Origin: Eutreptiella sp. 'Long Island Sound 2002'
Taxonomy: Eukaryota > Protista > Euglenida
Length of the DNA stretch: 64,000 bases
Reading direction: 5' to 3'
NCBI GenBank assembly: GCA_964036045.1
Contig: OZ038378.1
Coordinates: 52,638,001 to 52,702,000 of the forward strand
Below the pieces are notes generated by a model. That model saw nothing but the letters and a program-made list of their open reading frames with translations, was not told the origin of the DNA and did no database searches. The translations under genes and the position numbers were made by a program. Of this stretch, positions 36,202-48,459 are shown piece by piece (position 1 is the first letter of the stretch; the number at the start of each line of letters is the position of its first letter).

Positions 36202-37751
36202 GTGGCATCGTTTTCTTCTGCTGCCTCTTTCTTGCCTCTCTGTTTTTTGCATGCTGCTTGCCTGCCTGACCGCCGGCTTGTCTGCCCATACTCTCTGCAT
36301 TGCCGTCCATGTCATCCCTAGCTTGTCGTGGGAGAGGCATACCCTGGTGCAGCTAATATCCTACTTCCAGTCAGTGCCCCCATTAGTGCTTTATGTGGTT
36401 AATAATTTGAGCTGGATTGCACACACTACCCTGCACCACGAGATGAGGCGCAGGGGAGAGAGCGTGCGTGAAAGAGAATCACGCAGAAGATCAGAAGGTG
36501 GAGATTCACAGTGACCAGAAGCAGTGCAGCAGCAGATAGCAAGTTGTTAGATACATGGCAGAGGCAAACACAAAACCGTGGATGGTCATGAGGCAGCTTG
36601 AACGTGTAAGCAGGGGGCAGGGTAGAGCATGCAACGAGAGATGGCGACAAAGACAAAGTGGTCAACCACAATTGGCATTTCTTTGTTTTCTGCTGCTTTT
36701 GATCTTTCTTGCCCTGTGCTTCTTTCTTTGCTTCCTCTCTTCCCCACCCTCTGCCTTGCTGCATTTCGCCTGCCTATTTCTTGCCTTGTCTATGAGAACA
36801 CTTTTCCTGCTGCACTTACGGTGTGCCCTGCGACGCATGTGAAAGAGAGTCATCAACAACAGTTAATGGTAGTGTTTTGGTTCTCTTGTCATCACAATTG
36901 CATCACATGGTAATGTCTTGTTTGGGTGCGGATCCCGGACCCCAAAACCACCCACCCACCTTTTTTCGTTTTCTTTTCTCCCTGATTTGTCTTGTGGTTT
37001 GTGTACATGCAAGTGAAAAGGGCACCCCAAGCTTGGTATGGTCATGCCACATCTTTGGGTTGCTCTCTGCAAGGCTTCTACGTTGCTCCTCCATCTAGAC
37101 ACACATTTATTGGCAGTTTTGTATGGGGTGATTGTCACCAAAACCACTGGGTGATGAGGGGCAAAAGGAGACAAAGGCCACAAAGGCAAATTAAAGACTG
37201 GAAGTAACGTTACACGTCAAGTTCTTGTCTTTCTTTGGCTTGGGTAGACACTTTCCAAAAGCTTTAGTTGCACTACTGTACTGTCAGCACAAGGTTTGAG
37301 ATAATTTTGTGACCATCCCGGTCCACTTAAGGCTCTGAGTATCAACATTTTCCGCAAGCAAGCCCCACGTAGTGATGAAATGCCTAGCAATGTCCTTCCA
37401 CTCAATTCACAGCAGGTAAATGCTTGGACTCTGCAATAACCAATGGCTTCGGAAACTAGCAATTGGTTTGGGGAGAAAGACAAGTGGCAACAAACAACGG
37501 CATGGCAGGGCCTCATGGGTACGTTGGAATAACCAACAATCTCGTTTCATGTAGTTCAAGGTTAGGAAACAGTGTGGAGGAAAATAGTGAAACTCAAGTC
37601 CTGCAGCATCATGCAGTGTGCTTGCAGGCACCTGTAAGCGTTGTTTATCTCCTCCCAATACCTCCTCAATCCCCTTCGTCCAAGTTGTCCCTGTATCCCC
37701 TCCCTCTCTTGGATGTTGTCTTTCATGCCAGAAACCTCAAGGTCCTTACAG

Positions 37752-37942
37752 TAAAATGATCCCTGATAAGAAGAGGCCCCGCGAGGAAGAGCAAGCCATT
37801 AAGCAGTCAGTGAAAAAGCAGCGGCCCAACGCCTTGGGGGGTCATGTTTTGATGGAGGGCCAAGATGTGTACAGCTGTACTATGGTCAGCAATGATTCGC
37901 AACATGTCGTTGAACTGCATGTGCAGACAGTTGGGACCACAG
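37752..37942 (+). CDS. Candidate exon of the TPR gene (KMIPDKKRPREEEQAIKQSVKKQRP...VELHVQTVGTT), NLS-like
   Basis: cttacag acceptor (phase 2); GTATGG donor at 37943 (phase 1), matching the other donors and the phase-1 acceptor at 47601-47602. Confidence 0.58.
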
Positions 37943-38270
37943 GTATGGACTGACCAGCGCTACGGTTTGCCCTTGCCCACCCCAATTCCCCCACTCCCAC
38001 ACTCCTCGCTTGCTGGCTCCATCTGCTCCAGCCTTCCTCACTCTTTCCCCTCCCCCTTCCTTCTCCTTCGCAACCTTTCCCGCTTCCTGGTGAAAGGCTT
38101 AGCCCCAATACACCACCCCACACCAGGTAACTTCTCACCACATGCTGCTTACTGCGGCTGTCCTCCACTGCTTTTTGCTGGTGCCTTTCCTGATACAATA
38201 CTGCCCACCTTGCTACTTTCCATATGCCTCTTTCCTCCATGCTGTGATGTTCCCATAAGCTGGTCCCTAC

Positions 38271-38858
38271 CATGCCGTGCTACACCCTGTGTGCTCCCAT
38301 GCCATGCCATACACTGCCCGCAACCATGCCATGCCATATACTGCCCACTACTGTCTTGTGCCATACACTGCCCAGAAACATGTTGTGCCGGACACTGCCC
38401 GCTACCATGCGGTGCCATACACTGCCTCCTATCATGTGGTGCCATGCACTGCCTCCTATCATGCTGTGTGCCGTACAATGCCCACTGCCATGATGTGCCA
38501 TACACTGCTGGCTGCCATGCTTTGGTACACGATGTCCACTGCCATGCTGTGCCATACACTGCCTGCTACCACGGTGTGCCACACACTGCCCACTGCCATG
38601 CTTTGCCATACAACTCTGCTACCATGCTGTCCCATACACTATCTACTACCATGGCATGCCAGACACTGCCCACTACCATATGCTGTGCCACGCAACCCCT
38701 GCTATCATGCTGTGCCATACATTGCCTGGTGCCATGCCATGCCGTATACTCCATCACCATGTTGTCCCTTACACTGCCAACCACCATGCTGTGCCATAAA
38801 CACATCGCCCACTGCAAGGCTGTGCCATACACAGCCTGCTATCACGGTGTGCCATGCC
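38271..38858. repeat. Degenerate minisatellite, ~27-bp unit (ccatgctgtgccatacactgcc...), ~20 copies
   Basis: The motif recurs contiguously; a remnant is also present at ~46935-46985. Confidence 0.9.
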
Positions 38859-39222
38859 TTCACAGTTGCCCAGTAGCGCGCCACCTCGCCGTGGTGTGGG
38901 GCTGTAACGAGGGGCGGCTTCGAGTGTATGCCTCTAGGCTAACACGCAAACTGGGGGGAGGCTTTTCCGCAGCTTATAAGTGGCTTCCCCCCTGCCAGCC
39001 ATCATGGAGGGGGTCTCCGGCCTGCCATGATGGCGTGGGACAGGCTGCGCCTGGGGTGCGGCTCCCTGGATTTTTGGAGGTACTGGGCTCCACACGGCCC
39101 TTTGAGGGATTTTTCTTTGTATCTCCCTCTCCTGCTCCCTTCCCCGCTTGTAGGGAGGTCTAGGGTGCTCTGTTTCCTGTTCCTCTGCACATATGACCCA
39201 GGGTCGCAGTGGAGGATATTGC

Positions 39223-41185
39223 GGGTTAGGGTTAGGGTCACCGAGCTGGTGGAACCAGTCTTGGTTTTATAACCCTATTCAGTGTCTAGGGTGGACCTAA
39301 CAGGTTTGGCAAGTAGCAAGCAAGAAGCAAGCAAGCACGGGCGAAATGGGGAAAATCACAGGTCCGTCGTGGTGCTTTGGATTCGTCCCAAATTTTGGTT
39401 GATGCTACCTATGGGTTTGAGGGACAACCACAAAAAGTATGAGCCAGAAACTCAACGGTGGCGGCTGGGAATGGGCATCGCGAGTGCCGGACCTCCATTT
39501 CAAAATCTGCTATTTAGGCCCAAAATCAGCCTTTTTTTGCTCAAAACCGCAATACAACCTACTGAAAACGGCCAAATGAAGGGAAATAGTGGCTACTCTA
39601 CACATGCAGCTAGAGTTCCCCGTGCCGAAGGGCCCCGTAGGGCCCTCTAACTCCACAATATGTCTGCGAACCGCGCCCAAAAGGCCCAAAATTTGTGCAC
39701 ATTGGCCGCTGATGGCCCCAAACCACTAACCGACCATATCTTGGGCTATGTGGCTCAAAACGTTATTTCGAGCACACGTAATCTACCCGCAACCACCTTG
39801 TTTTGGTCTTTTCCACCCCTCAAAATTGCCCTAATCGACGTCTAGACCCCCGTACCCAGGCCCAGTGGGCCGCGGCAAGCTGCAAGAGGTAGCCCAAAAA
39901 GGTGGGTGCCTAATTGGGTGAACAAGGTCCACCGGGGGCAACAAAATGATTGTTTTAAAAAATGATCTTGGACCACATAGAATGCCAAAACAAGTGTTTT
40001 TCGCGTGTTTTGAGCTCGTGTTGGCCCGTTTTGGCTCTCCTAAAATGCCGAAATGCCTTGAAAACGGGCTGTCTTTGGGACAACAAATGGTTCAAAAATG
40101 GGTCAAAAATGTGCTTTTTCACAAATTATCGCAGACCATTTGGGGTGCCTAAACAATTTAAATGAGCCCATTTTGAGCCCATTGCAACCCCATTTTGGCC
40201 CCTCCAACTTCACCAAATGCCTTGAAAATGGGGTTTTTTGCGACCAAAAATGGGTCCAAAATGGGTCACAAATGTGTTTTTCGAAAAGTGATCCTAGACC
40301 TTTGGGGTGCACAAACAAGTGAATTGACCTCCTTTTGAGCCCATTGCAAGCCATCTTGGCCCCTCTAGAGTCACACAATGCCTCGAAAATGGGTTGCTTT
40401 GGGACCAAAAAACAGTCAAAAATGGATCAAAAATGTGTTTTTCCAAAGATAATTTTGGACTATTGGGGGTGCACAAACAAGTGGAATGAGCCCATTTGCA
40501 GCCCATTTTGAACCTATTTTGAACAATTTTTGGCCTCTCTCCGGGCCGAAAGGGCCTTGAAAATGCGCCGATTTGGGACCAAAAATCAGTCAAAAATGGA
40601 TCAAAAATATGTTTTTTCAAAGATAATTTTGGACTATTGGGGGTGCACAAACAACTGGAATGAGCCCATTTTCAGCCTATTTTGAACCCAAGACAAGCCT
40701 TTTATGGCTTGTCTCAAGGCCGAAAGGGGCTTGCAAATGGGCCAATGTGGGACCACAAATGCCCGGAAACCGGCTACCTTGCTACCTAGTAGCTAGCCTA
40801 GCCTTAAACTTGCTACCTATGGGTGTGAAGGACAACCACACAAAGTATGAGCCAGAAACTCAACGGTGGCGGCTAGGAACGGGCATCGCAAGTGCCGGAC
40901 CTCCATTTCATAATCCGCAGTTCAAGGCCAAAATCAGCCTTTTTTTTTTTGCGCACAACCGCCCTAGAACCCGCTAAAAACGGCCAAATGAAGGGAGAGA
41001 GCAGAGAGCAAATTTTTGGCCAACCCCCGAAGCACTGACACGGAGCTGTGATTTTTTTTGCCCATTCCGCGTGTGCGTGCTTGCTTGCTTGCTTGCTTGC
41101 TAAACCTGTTAGGTCCACCCCAGGCACTAAAAGAGGTTATAAAACCAAGATTGGTTCCACCAGCTCGGTCAGCCCAACCCTAACC
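39223..41185. mobile_element. Non-autonomous TIR element (~165-bp TIRs) with telomere-like TTAGGG/CCCTAA termini and internal ~160-bp tandem repeats
   Basis: The left end gggttagggttagggtcaccgagctggtggaaccagtcttggttttataacc is inverted at ...ggttataaaaccaagattggttccaccagctcggtcagcccaaccctaacc. Tandem units lie at ~39990-40700. No credible ORF. Confidence 0.85.
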
Positions 41186-41751
41186 GGGATTGAATATAGG
41201 GACCCATCTTGTGGGGGAAGGAACGGTGTCTGGGAGACTTCAACAACAAATGAGGTGCGCACTGGAAAGTGGGTGACAGCGGCTCAAAAGGGGCTAAATA
41301 AATGAGCTATATTCATCCGTTTGGGCACCACTACTGCCTAACACTAAATTTCAATGACAAAATCACTTTGGGGGGGGGGGGGGGGGCACAACTACCCCCC
41401 GGACTAATTGTTGGCCGCAGGCCCTGTGGGAGAGGTGGGGGGGGGTTCAGGGAGGGGCGAATGGGGGGGAGAGTCGGCTGGGGGGGGGGGCGCGGGGGGG
41501 GGGCAAGTGGGGCAATCCGGGGTGGTGGTTGTGGTGGGGTACCAGGTGGGAGAGGGGGCACAAGCTGACCTTACCTGCCCTTGCCCTCCCTCTAAACATA
41601 CCACCACCATAAACCTAACCCTAACCTTTGCAGCAACCTGGTTTGGCCATGCCACCCATGTTAATTGAACTGAACAAGGTCCCCCAATTTTTGTTTATGG
41701 CTGCTTTTGCCACATGATTGCTCTCCATTTTGGACCCCAACACTCACTCGG

Positions 41752-42800
41752 ACCCTAGCCTAGGGTGAGAGCTAGGGCTAGGGTTAGGGCTAGGGTTACG
41801 GTGAGGGTCACCGAGCTGGTGGAACCAGTCTTGGTTTTATAACCCTTTTTAGTGTCTAGGGTGGACCTACCAGGTTTAGCAGCAAGCAGCAAGCAAGCAA
41901 GCCGCGCGCGCGAAATGGGGAAAAATCACAAATTCCGTCGTGGTGCTTCGGATTCGGCTGAAATTTTGGTGGATGATACCTATGGATGTGAAGTACCATC
42001 ACACAAAGTTTGAGCAAGAAACTCAACGGTGGCGGCCGGGAACAGGATTCGCAAGTGGCGGACCTCAGTTTCAAAAAATGCAGCTTAAGGTCAAAAAGAG
42101 CCATTTTTGGGCCAAAAAAGCCTTGGAACACATTCAAAACGGCCAAACGAAGGGAAACAGTGGGTACACTCCATGTGCGGCGTGACTTCCCCGTGTCAAC
42201 GAGCTCTTTGCGGCCCTCTAATTCCATGATATGTCCCGGAAACGGCCTAAACAGGCCCCCAAAAGCGCCAAATGCCGACATGAAAAAACCAAGAATAGGC
42301 CATATCTTTGGCTACATGGCTCAAAATGTGATTCCTAGGGCACCTACTGCACCCGCAACCCCCCACTTTTTGTGGTTTCCACCCCTCAGAATGGCCCAAA
42401 TGGACGCTTAGACCCCAATACCTAGGCCCACTAGGCTGCGGCAAGCTGCAAGCTCAAGCCCAAACAGGTGGGTGCCCAAATGGGTCAACAGGGTCCAGTA
42501 GGGGCAAAAAGATGACTTTTCTCAAAAATGATCCTAGACCATGTGCGACGCTAAAACAAGTGTTTTTGGACCGTTTTGAGCTTGTGGTGGCCCATTTTGG
42601 TCCTCCAAAAATCCCAAAATGGCTTGAAAATGGGCTGTTTTGGGACCAAAAATGGGTCAAAAATGGGTCAAAAACACATTTTTCCAAACCTCATCCTCGA
42701 CCATTTGGGGTGCACAAACGGGTGAAATGGGCCCATTTTGAGCCCATTTTGGGGCGTTTTGGCCCCTGTGAAGTCCAAAAAGCCTTGAAAGTGTGCCTCG
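41752..42800 (+). mobile_element. Second copy (left ~1 kb) of the telomere-capped TIR family
   Basis: A degenerate TTAGGG-like tract at ~41752-41808 is followed by tcaccgagctggtggaaccagtcttggttttataacc and ~1 kb colinear with 39238-40200. A 14-bp right-end remnant ccaccagctcggtc lies at ~42904-42917. Confidence 0.85.
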
Positions 42801-43129
42801 TGGTGATGGGGTTCACGTGCAAGCTGATTTCACTTTGTCAAGAGCCATCAATGTGTGAATCATTCTTGATGTTCCTCACCAGTCATAGCTGATGTTCCCT
42901 CCCCCACCAGCTCGGTCCCAATATTCAGTCTTGATTAGGTGTTCGGGTAGGAGTAGGCTGAGGGTTGGGGTTGGGCGTGATTCAAGGTTGGTTTTAAGGA
43001 TAGTGCTCGTGTGCAAATTGAACAAAACCTTCCTTAAGGCACCTTTGGTGTTCATGGAGCATGGAGGGCTTAGGCGCCCATGGATGCTTGAGGGCAACAC
43101 CTTTGGCAACTAACTGTTGACCGAAGGCC

Positions 43130-44070
43130 CCTAGTGGGGGGGAGTTGGCGTCCTACGACCCGCAGAGTCGCCCCTCTTTCCGGGGACAAAAAAATGTTAT
43201 GGCCATCGAATACTTGGGACTTTACATACAACCACTTGTTGTTCAACATGGAAATCATGGCCTTGTTGTGGGACCCAAGATTGAGCGCACACCAAATTGA
43301 ACGAAAAGCGGGTCGCGTGTGAGCCGGTAATTGGCAAATTACATAGAACCCCTACTTGTTGAAAACGGAAAAAGTGGGCCCTTGTTCAGGGGCTATTGGC
43401 CGAGCGCACTTTTGAGGGCCATTCATCTAAGCAGACATCACCAACTTGAATGAAAAAAATTATGGTGAGAGCGGCTACTTGGGGCTTTACGTGGAGAGCA
43501 ACACTGGGCCTGTGTTTTGGAGCGCATAGTGTAGCGCACTTTGAAGCACTACCAATTTCGATGAAAAATAGTTATGGTGAGAGCTAGTTCTTGGGTTCTG
43601 CATCGAAATCCCTACTCAATTAAACAAACACAGTGGGCCCCTTTTCGAGGGCACACATATGGCGAGGTCCGATGCTCTAAGTAGGCAACACCAATTGCAA
43701 TGAAAAAAGGCATGTGGTGCTTGAGGTTTTATATTGATACCGCAGTTTTAAAGACATGAAACAACCGGGCCCCTATTTTCCCGCGGATGCGACAACACAC
43801 TTTGGAGGACCAAGTATCCAAGTAGAAAACATAAATGTGAGTGAAAAAAATTTGGGTGTTGTCTGGGTTTTGCAACCGTACAAGCGGGCCCTACTTGTTA
43901 AAACGTAAAATAGTGGGCATGTGTTCTCAAGCCGATAGTCAAGCACATTTTGAAAGTGTAAGACTTTAAGTAGTGCGCCCGAATTTCAACGGCAAAACGA
44001 TATGGTGAGAGCTAGTATTTGGAGGTTCCCGTAGAACCCCTATTTGTGAAAAATGCAAATAGTGGGCCTA
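43130..44070. repeat. Highly diverged AT-rich tandem repeat (~140-280-bp periodicity)
   Basis: ccctacttgtt.aaaacg.aaa.agtgggc recurs near 43350, 43610, 43890 and 44040; tatggtgagagc recurs near 43460, 43575 and 44000. Confidence 0.6.
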
Positions 44071-44510
44071 ACACTGACACTAAGTTGGATGCTACCGTTG
44101 ACAACACGCCTAGACAAAAGGCAATGTAGCATCAGAAGGCAGGCAGGATGGCGGCTCACAAAGTCGTCCTGATGTAGGAAGGTGGAGTAGAGGGGGGCTA
44201 TAGCAAAAGCTACACTGCCGAAGTCACCCAAAAACTTGTCCCACCTCTTCTGCGCCCTTGCCTCAATGCCTTCTTGTTCGGCAATGAGGTTCACTATTGC
44301 CAACTCCTCGGTGTTTGCACCAGCTATGTACGGCTTGTTACACGCCGTACATACACGCCGTACATACAGCGGATCGAACACGAGGCACAAGAAAGTACGT
44401 GTTGGGGAAACCAACAACAAGCGCAGCACCCAATGTGAATTGCGCTTATTATATATCTGCGCCACGAGCAAGGGAGGCGCATCGATCATATCAATGGACG
44501 CTGCTTTCAA
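44040..44510 (-). pseudogene. Ulp1/C48-like cysteine protease fragment, probably inactive
   Basis: IYNKRNSHWVLRLLLV...LVFDPL and LHQDDFVSRHPAC give His, Asp and Gln in Ulp1 order; Arg sits where the catalytic Cys (SCG) is expected. Confidence 0.5.
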
Positions 44511-44535
44511 AGTACGCAGCGCCCATGACTCAGAG

Positions 44536-44922
44536 CGGGGGGAAGAATCAGAAGTGGCCCACTTGTGGGCAAGGTGGCTACTTAACCCCTGCCGCCTCGG
44601 GGGTCCCCACCGCTTCAGAGAGGGGGGCAGAATCAGAAGTGGCCCACTTGTGGGCAAGGTGGCTACGTAACCCCTGCCGCCTCGGGGATCCCCTCCGCTT
44701 CAAAGCGGGGGGCAGAATCAGAAGTGGCCCACTTGTGGGCAAGGTGGCTACTTAACCCCTGCCGCCTCGGGGATCCCCTCCGCTTCACAGCGGGGGGTAG
44801 AATCAGAAGTGGCCCACTTTTGGGCAAGATGGCTACTTCACCCCTGCCGCCTCGGGGGTCCCCACCGCTTCAGAGCAGGGGGAAAATCAGAAGTGGCCCA
44901 CAAGTGGGCAAGGTGGCTAACC
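44536..44922. repeat. Tandem repeat, 85-bp unit x4.5, each with a GCCCACTTGTGGGC-type hairpin
   Basis: Units start ~44536, 44622, 44707, 44792 and 44878 and are near-identical. Confidence 0.95.
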
Positions 44923-45178
44923 AGTAACCTAGTAAAAGAAAAAACTTTTGTTTTCACTAGGTTCTGAAACCTAGTAAAAACAAAAACTTTTTTTTACTAG
45001 GTTCCGAAACCTAGTAAAAACAAAAACTTTTTTTTACCTAGGTTTTGAAACCTTGTAAAAAAAACCTTTTTTTTTACTAGGTTCCCAATACCTAGTAAAA
45101 AACCAGTGAACCTAGTAAACTGTTATCTAGTAAAAAAATTTTTTTTAAAAAAATTTCTTTTTACTAGGTTTCACTGCA
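44922..45178. repeat. AT-rich array of AACCTAGTAAAA...TTTTACTAGGTT hairpins
   Basis: At least four stem-loop units; a related cluster lies at 46497-46676. Confidence 0.88.
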
Positions 45179-45620
45179 GACCCAATAGAGACACTTTCGT
45201 GCAGTCAAAGAACCACACTCACAAGGGTGTTGTGTCTCTTCACATTGAATCTTCTTGAGAATGTTAAACATGGGGTCGATAGAGGGCACATCTCCCCATA
45301 GGGCTCGCGGAATTCCACTGCAATCCCCTGAGCGGACAATGGAGTCCACTGGTAGGTCCTTAATGGTCCCTGCCAATGAAGCATAGAGATGAGACATAAT
45401 CCTTTTGCGACCTCGTTTTTGCGTGTGAAAATAATCCCCTTTTTTTTGGAAATACTTCAGCCACCCATAAACTGTGTGGTACCCCAACTTGTGCTCCCTC
45501 TCATCACCCCTTTGATGTCGCTGCAAAGCCACAGCAACACCATGTTGCCTTGCCCGATCAGTATTTTTTTTATGTACTCATCTTCCCAATTGTGTTGGGG
45601 AGCTGACAAACTAGGTCTCG
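45164..45620 (-). pseudogene. Transposase-type helix-turn-helix fragment
   Basis: HKLGYHTVYGWLKYFQKKGDYFHTQKRGRKRIMS resembles IS630/Tc1/pogo N-terminal HTHs; no catalytic domain follows. Confidence 0.4.
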
Positions 45621-45653
45621 CCTGGTACGCATCCACCACCACAGTCGGAACAC

Positions 45654-46247
45654 TTGGCACAAGACAGATTGTGGTTGTTGCGTGAGATTGCACAGGCGAG
45701 TTGGCACTATCGCAATTCTCCACATGCCCCCCCTATTGAGACCACACCCAGTTGGGCCTTGGCACGGATGTATGCTACGCCCTATTGTTCACCCAGCCGT
45801 TCGTCTTGCTTTTTTTGCGACGACACAGCCCACATCACGTGCCCTGAATGTGGAGTTTATCAGTGTCCCCTGCATGCTTCTGGTTTCTGTCCCTCGGAGA
45901 TATGTGTGGCATTGCACAAATGGAGAGTGCAATTTACTGCCACACTGGCATGCATTGTGTTGGCATTCGCCTTGGGTGACCGGCTTGTGGTTGACAAGCC
46001 GCCTTCTGTAGATGAGGTCCGTCCAAAGGTGGTGATCCGTGGTGAAGAATTTTTTGTTCCAGAGCATTACCCCAAAGATGCCTCTAGGAAATTGGAGTAT
46101 GACAAAAATCTAATCAAAGAGTTGGAAGAAAAGACCACGGGCGTGCTTCGCAACATGTGCAAGCACAACCCTCCCTCTGCACAACCCACATACAAAGATA
46201 AGAAGTCGGACCTCATCTACAAGCGCGTGTTTTGCGACTTCATATAA
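45654..46247 (+). CDS. Small ORF with a Cys/His zinc-binding motif, probably element-borne
   Basis: CFFCDDTAHITCPECGVYQCPLH lies within a 197-codon ORF between the two ACCTAGT clusters. Confidence 0.4.
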   Translation: MAQDRLWLLREIAQASWHYRNSPHAPPIETTPSWALARMYATPYCSPSRSSCFFCDDTAHITCPECGVYQCPLHASGFCPSEICVALHKWRVQFTATLACIVLAFALGDRLVVDKPPSVDEVRPKVVIRGEEFFVPEHYPKDASRKLEYDKNLIKELEEKTTGVLRNMCKHNPPSAQPTYKDKKSDLIYKRVFCDFI

Positions 46248-46496
46248 AGCACACGTGTGTGCACCTCATATATGTATATATATATTTATGATATAAAAGC
46301 TCCTTCTTTTCTTGAGCCTCATTTTATTTTTGCTGACCTTGCAATACACGGTTTGGCCCGGGTGGGGCGCCACTTACACAAGTGGCCTGGAATAGACCAG
46401 GGGGCACCATGCCCTTAAACATAAATACCACCTACCGTTGACCCCCCCCCCCCCCATAAACTTGGTGTTTTTTGTTCAAATTCAAGTCCAAATTTG

Positions 46497-46676
46497 TCAC
46501 TACCTAGTAACCTAGTAAGGGAAAATTTTTTAAACTTTTTGCTTTTTTTACCTAGTAAAAAAAAGTTTTTAAAATTTTTTTTTCCAAAAAAAATTTTTTT
46601 TTACTAGGTTTTGCTACATTTTACTAGGTTTTGCTACGTTTTACTAGGTTTTGCTACGTGCATACTAGGTTTCACC
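46497..46676. repeat. Second ACCTAGT/ACTAGGT motif cluster
   Basis: tacctagtaacctagtaa ... three to four ttttactaggttttgctac units. Confidence 0.85.
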
Positions 46677-46981
46677 AAATGCCCGTCTCTATTGCACCGA
46701 ATATGTGTGTGATGGTTGTTGGTTGGATCACGCCACAACCATTTGCCCCGCCGTTTAGTAAAAACCATGTATGGTGCGACTCACATGGGTTTCCCGTTGC
46801 TTTGTGTTGCATCGTGGCAGGGAAGGATGGCGTCCCCTTTGCTACGGTACCAAAATATTACCAAAAAAAATTAACCAAAAAATGGGCACCTTTTGCTAAT
46901 TTTGACCTTTGGTAATTTTTGCTTCAGGTGTACGCTGCCACGTACCATACTGTACATACACTGCCCACTGCTATGCTGTGC

Positions 46982-47536
46982 CATGTCCAAGCCTTTTTTT
47001 AGTGGGTTGGATACCCTCCCCCAGGGGGGGGGGTGCCTGCCTGCCTTTTTGGAAATTCTGGGTGCCCTCAGCGGAATCACCCCCCCCCCCCCGGTGGGGG
47101 TAGGCCAAGAGTGGGTTGGCGTTTTTTTGGGGAAAATATTTGTAAGCAAAATTTTCATTCTGTCCCTGAGCAGTGTGTTCCCAGATCCGGTCGGTACCCT
47201 AGCGGCACTACATTACACCTGCGGTCTAGAGGTCCTGGGTTCGAATCCTTGGCGCTAGGGTAATTAAGGCGCCAGCCGCAGCAGGTTGGGCCAGGCTGAG
47301 ATTTTGTGAGGGAATAGATTCAAAATGAAATATCTATTCCACCCCTGAGCTGGATGTACCAGAGGTGGGTAGGTACTATGGACAAGGCGGTGAGTGGGTG
47401 CCTGCCTCCTTGACTGGACCCCCCCCCCCTAGGGTAGGGGTAGGACAAAAGCAGTGCCTGCCCTGAAAAAGTGCCTGCCTCCTCCAAGATTTCACCCCCC
47501 CCCCTCCCCCCGTATCACAAAAAAGGCTTGGCCATG
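46982..47536. mobile_element. MITE with ~19-bp TIRs and an internal tRNA-like B-box
   Basis: catgtccaagcctttttt at 46982 is inverted at aaaaaaggcttggccatg ending 47536; ggtcctgggttcgaatcc lies near 47231-47248. Confidence 0.7.
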
Positions 47537-47602
47537 TCTTCTCCTAAAGCAAGTTCTGCTTCCACGTGCATGCCCTCAGTCACTACCTGCACATGTTTGC
47601 AG

Positions 47603-48459
47603 GCAGCTGTCTCTTGCAGGTCAATTGTGGCCATCGAATCGTTCTTGCTGGGGGTCGCCGTGAGGCATGGCAGGAAAGAAAACAAAAAAGGAAGGCCAAA
47701 CGGGAAAATATCAAGAAAGAAAGTCAGAAAGTCGCCAGAAAGCCGAGTTTAAAAGTTGAAGTGGATGCTTTTGATCCTAATGCAGAACTTGAGGTGAAAA
47801 ACAAGGCTGGGACTGAGGCGGGGGCGGAGGCACAGGCAGAGATGGATGCAGACGCTGAGGCTGAGGCTGTACATGAGCTGAAAAATCCGCGGGTCAATGG
47901 CAGGCAGAAAGGCAAGCGGAATGACATGAGTTTTGGTCAGAGCAGCAAGGCACTGAAGGAGGTTCCGGTGCCTGAGAGCCAGATTCAGAAAGGCCCAAAG
48001 TCTCTCTTGCAGAATTTCAAGACGAGTTTGAAGCGATCGCTTGTACAAAGGGTTCAAAAGAAGGCAAAGTTACACAAGGATAAGGAGGAAAAGCGGTTGA
48101 AGTTCAAGGAGAAGTTGATGGCGAAATTGAAACTGTCTAAGGATCAGGTGGTAGAGAAACTCCAGGAGAAAGCAGAACGGAGGAGGGCCAAGCATTTGGA
48201 GAAATCCTGGCTGACACAGGAGGAGTGGGCTGAATTGTCCAAAGAGAAAATCACAGGCAAAGTAGGAGAGGATCGGGAGTTCAAGTTCTACACGCCAAAG
48301 CAGTTGACGAAGCTCAAACAGGACAAATTGGCACGGGCAAAGCATCTGCATGCGGAGGGCAAGCATTTGAACTTCGAACAGAGGGTGCTGCTGGGAAAGA
48401 AAATTCCGCGCTGGGCAAAAGACAAAAAGGAATGGGCAAAGGAGAGAGCCCAAACACAG
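47603..48459 (+). CDS. Large Lys/Glu-rich exon, probably the C-terminal part of the TPR gene
   Basis: Open for ~285 codons with strong K/E bias. Phase-1 tttgcag acceptor (alternatives at 47619 and 47672); GTATGA donor at 48460. Confidence 0.68.

Noticed and set aside
37865-39163. 432-aa Cys/His-rich ORF as a gene
   Set aside because: It is an open frame through the 27-bp minisatellite inside an intron; several overlapping frames on both strands are equally open.
39223-39237. True chromosome end
   Set aside because: Only two to three repeat units, internal to an intron and attached to element termini.
39270-39295. Spliced-leader RNA gene (agtgtcta resembles part of euglenid leaders)
   Set aside because: The match is only ~8 nt and lies within the TIR; the rest of the leader and the donor context are absent.
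47195-47255. Functional tRNA gene
   Set aside because: Only a T-arm/B-box-like stretch is present; I could not fold an acceptor stem, D-arm and anticodon arm.
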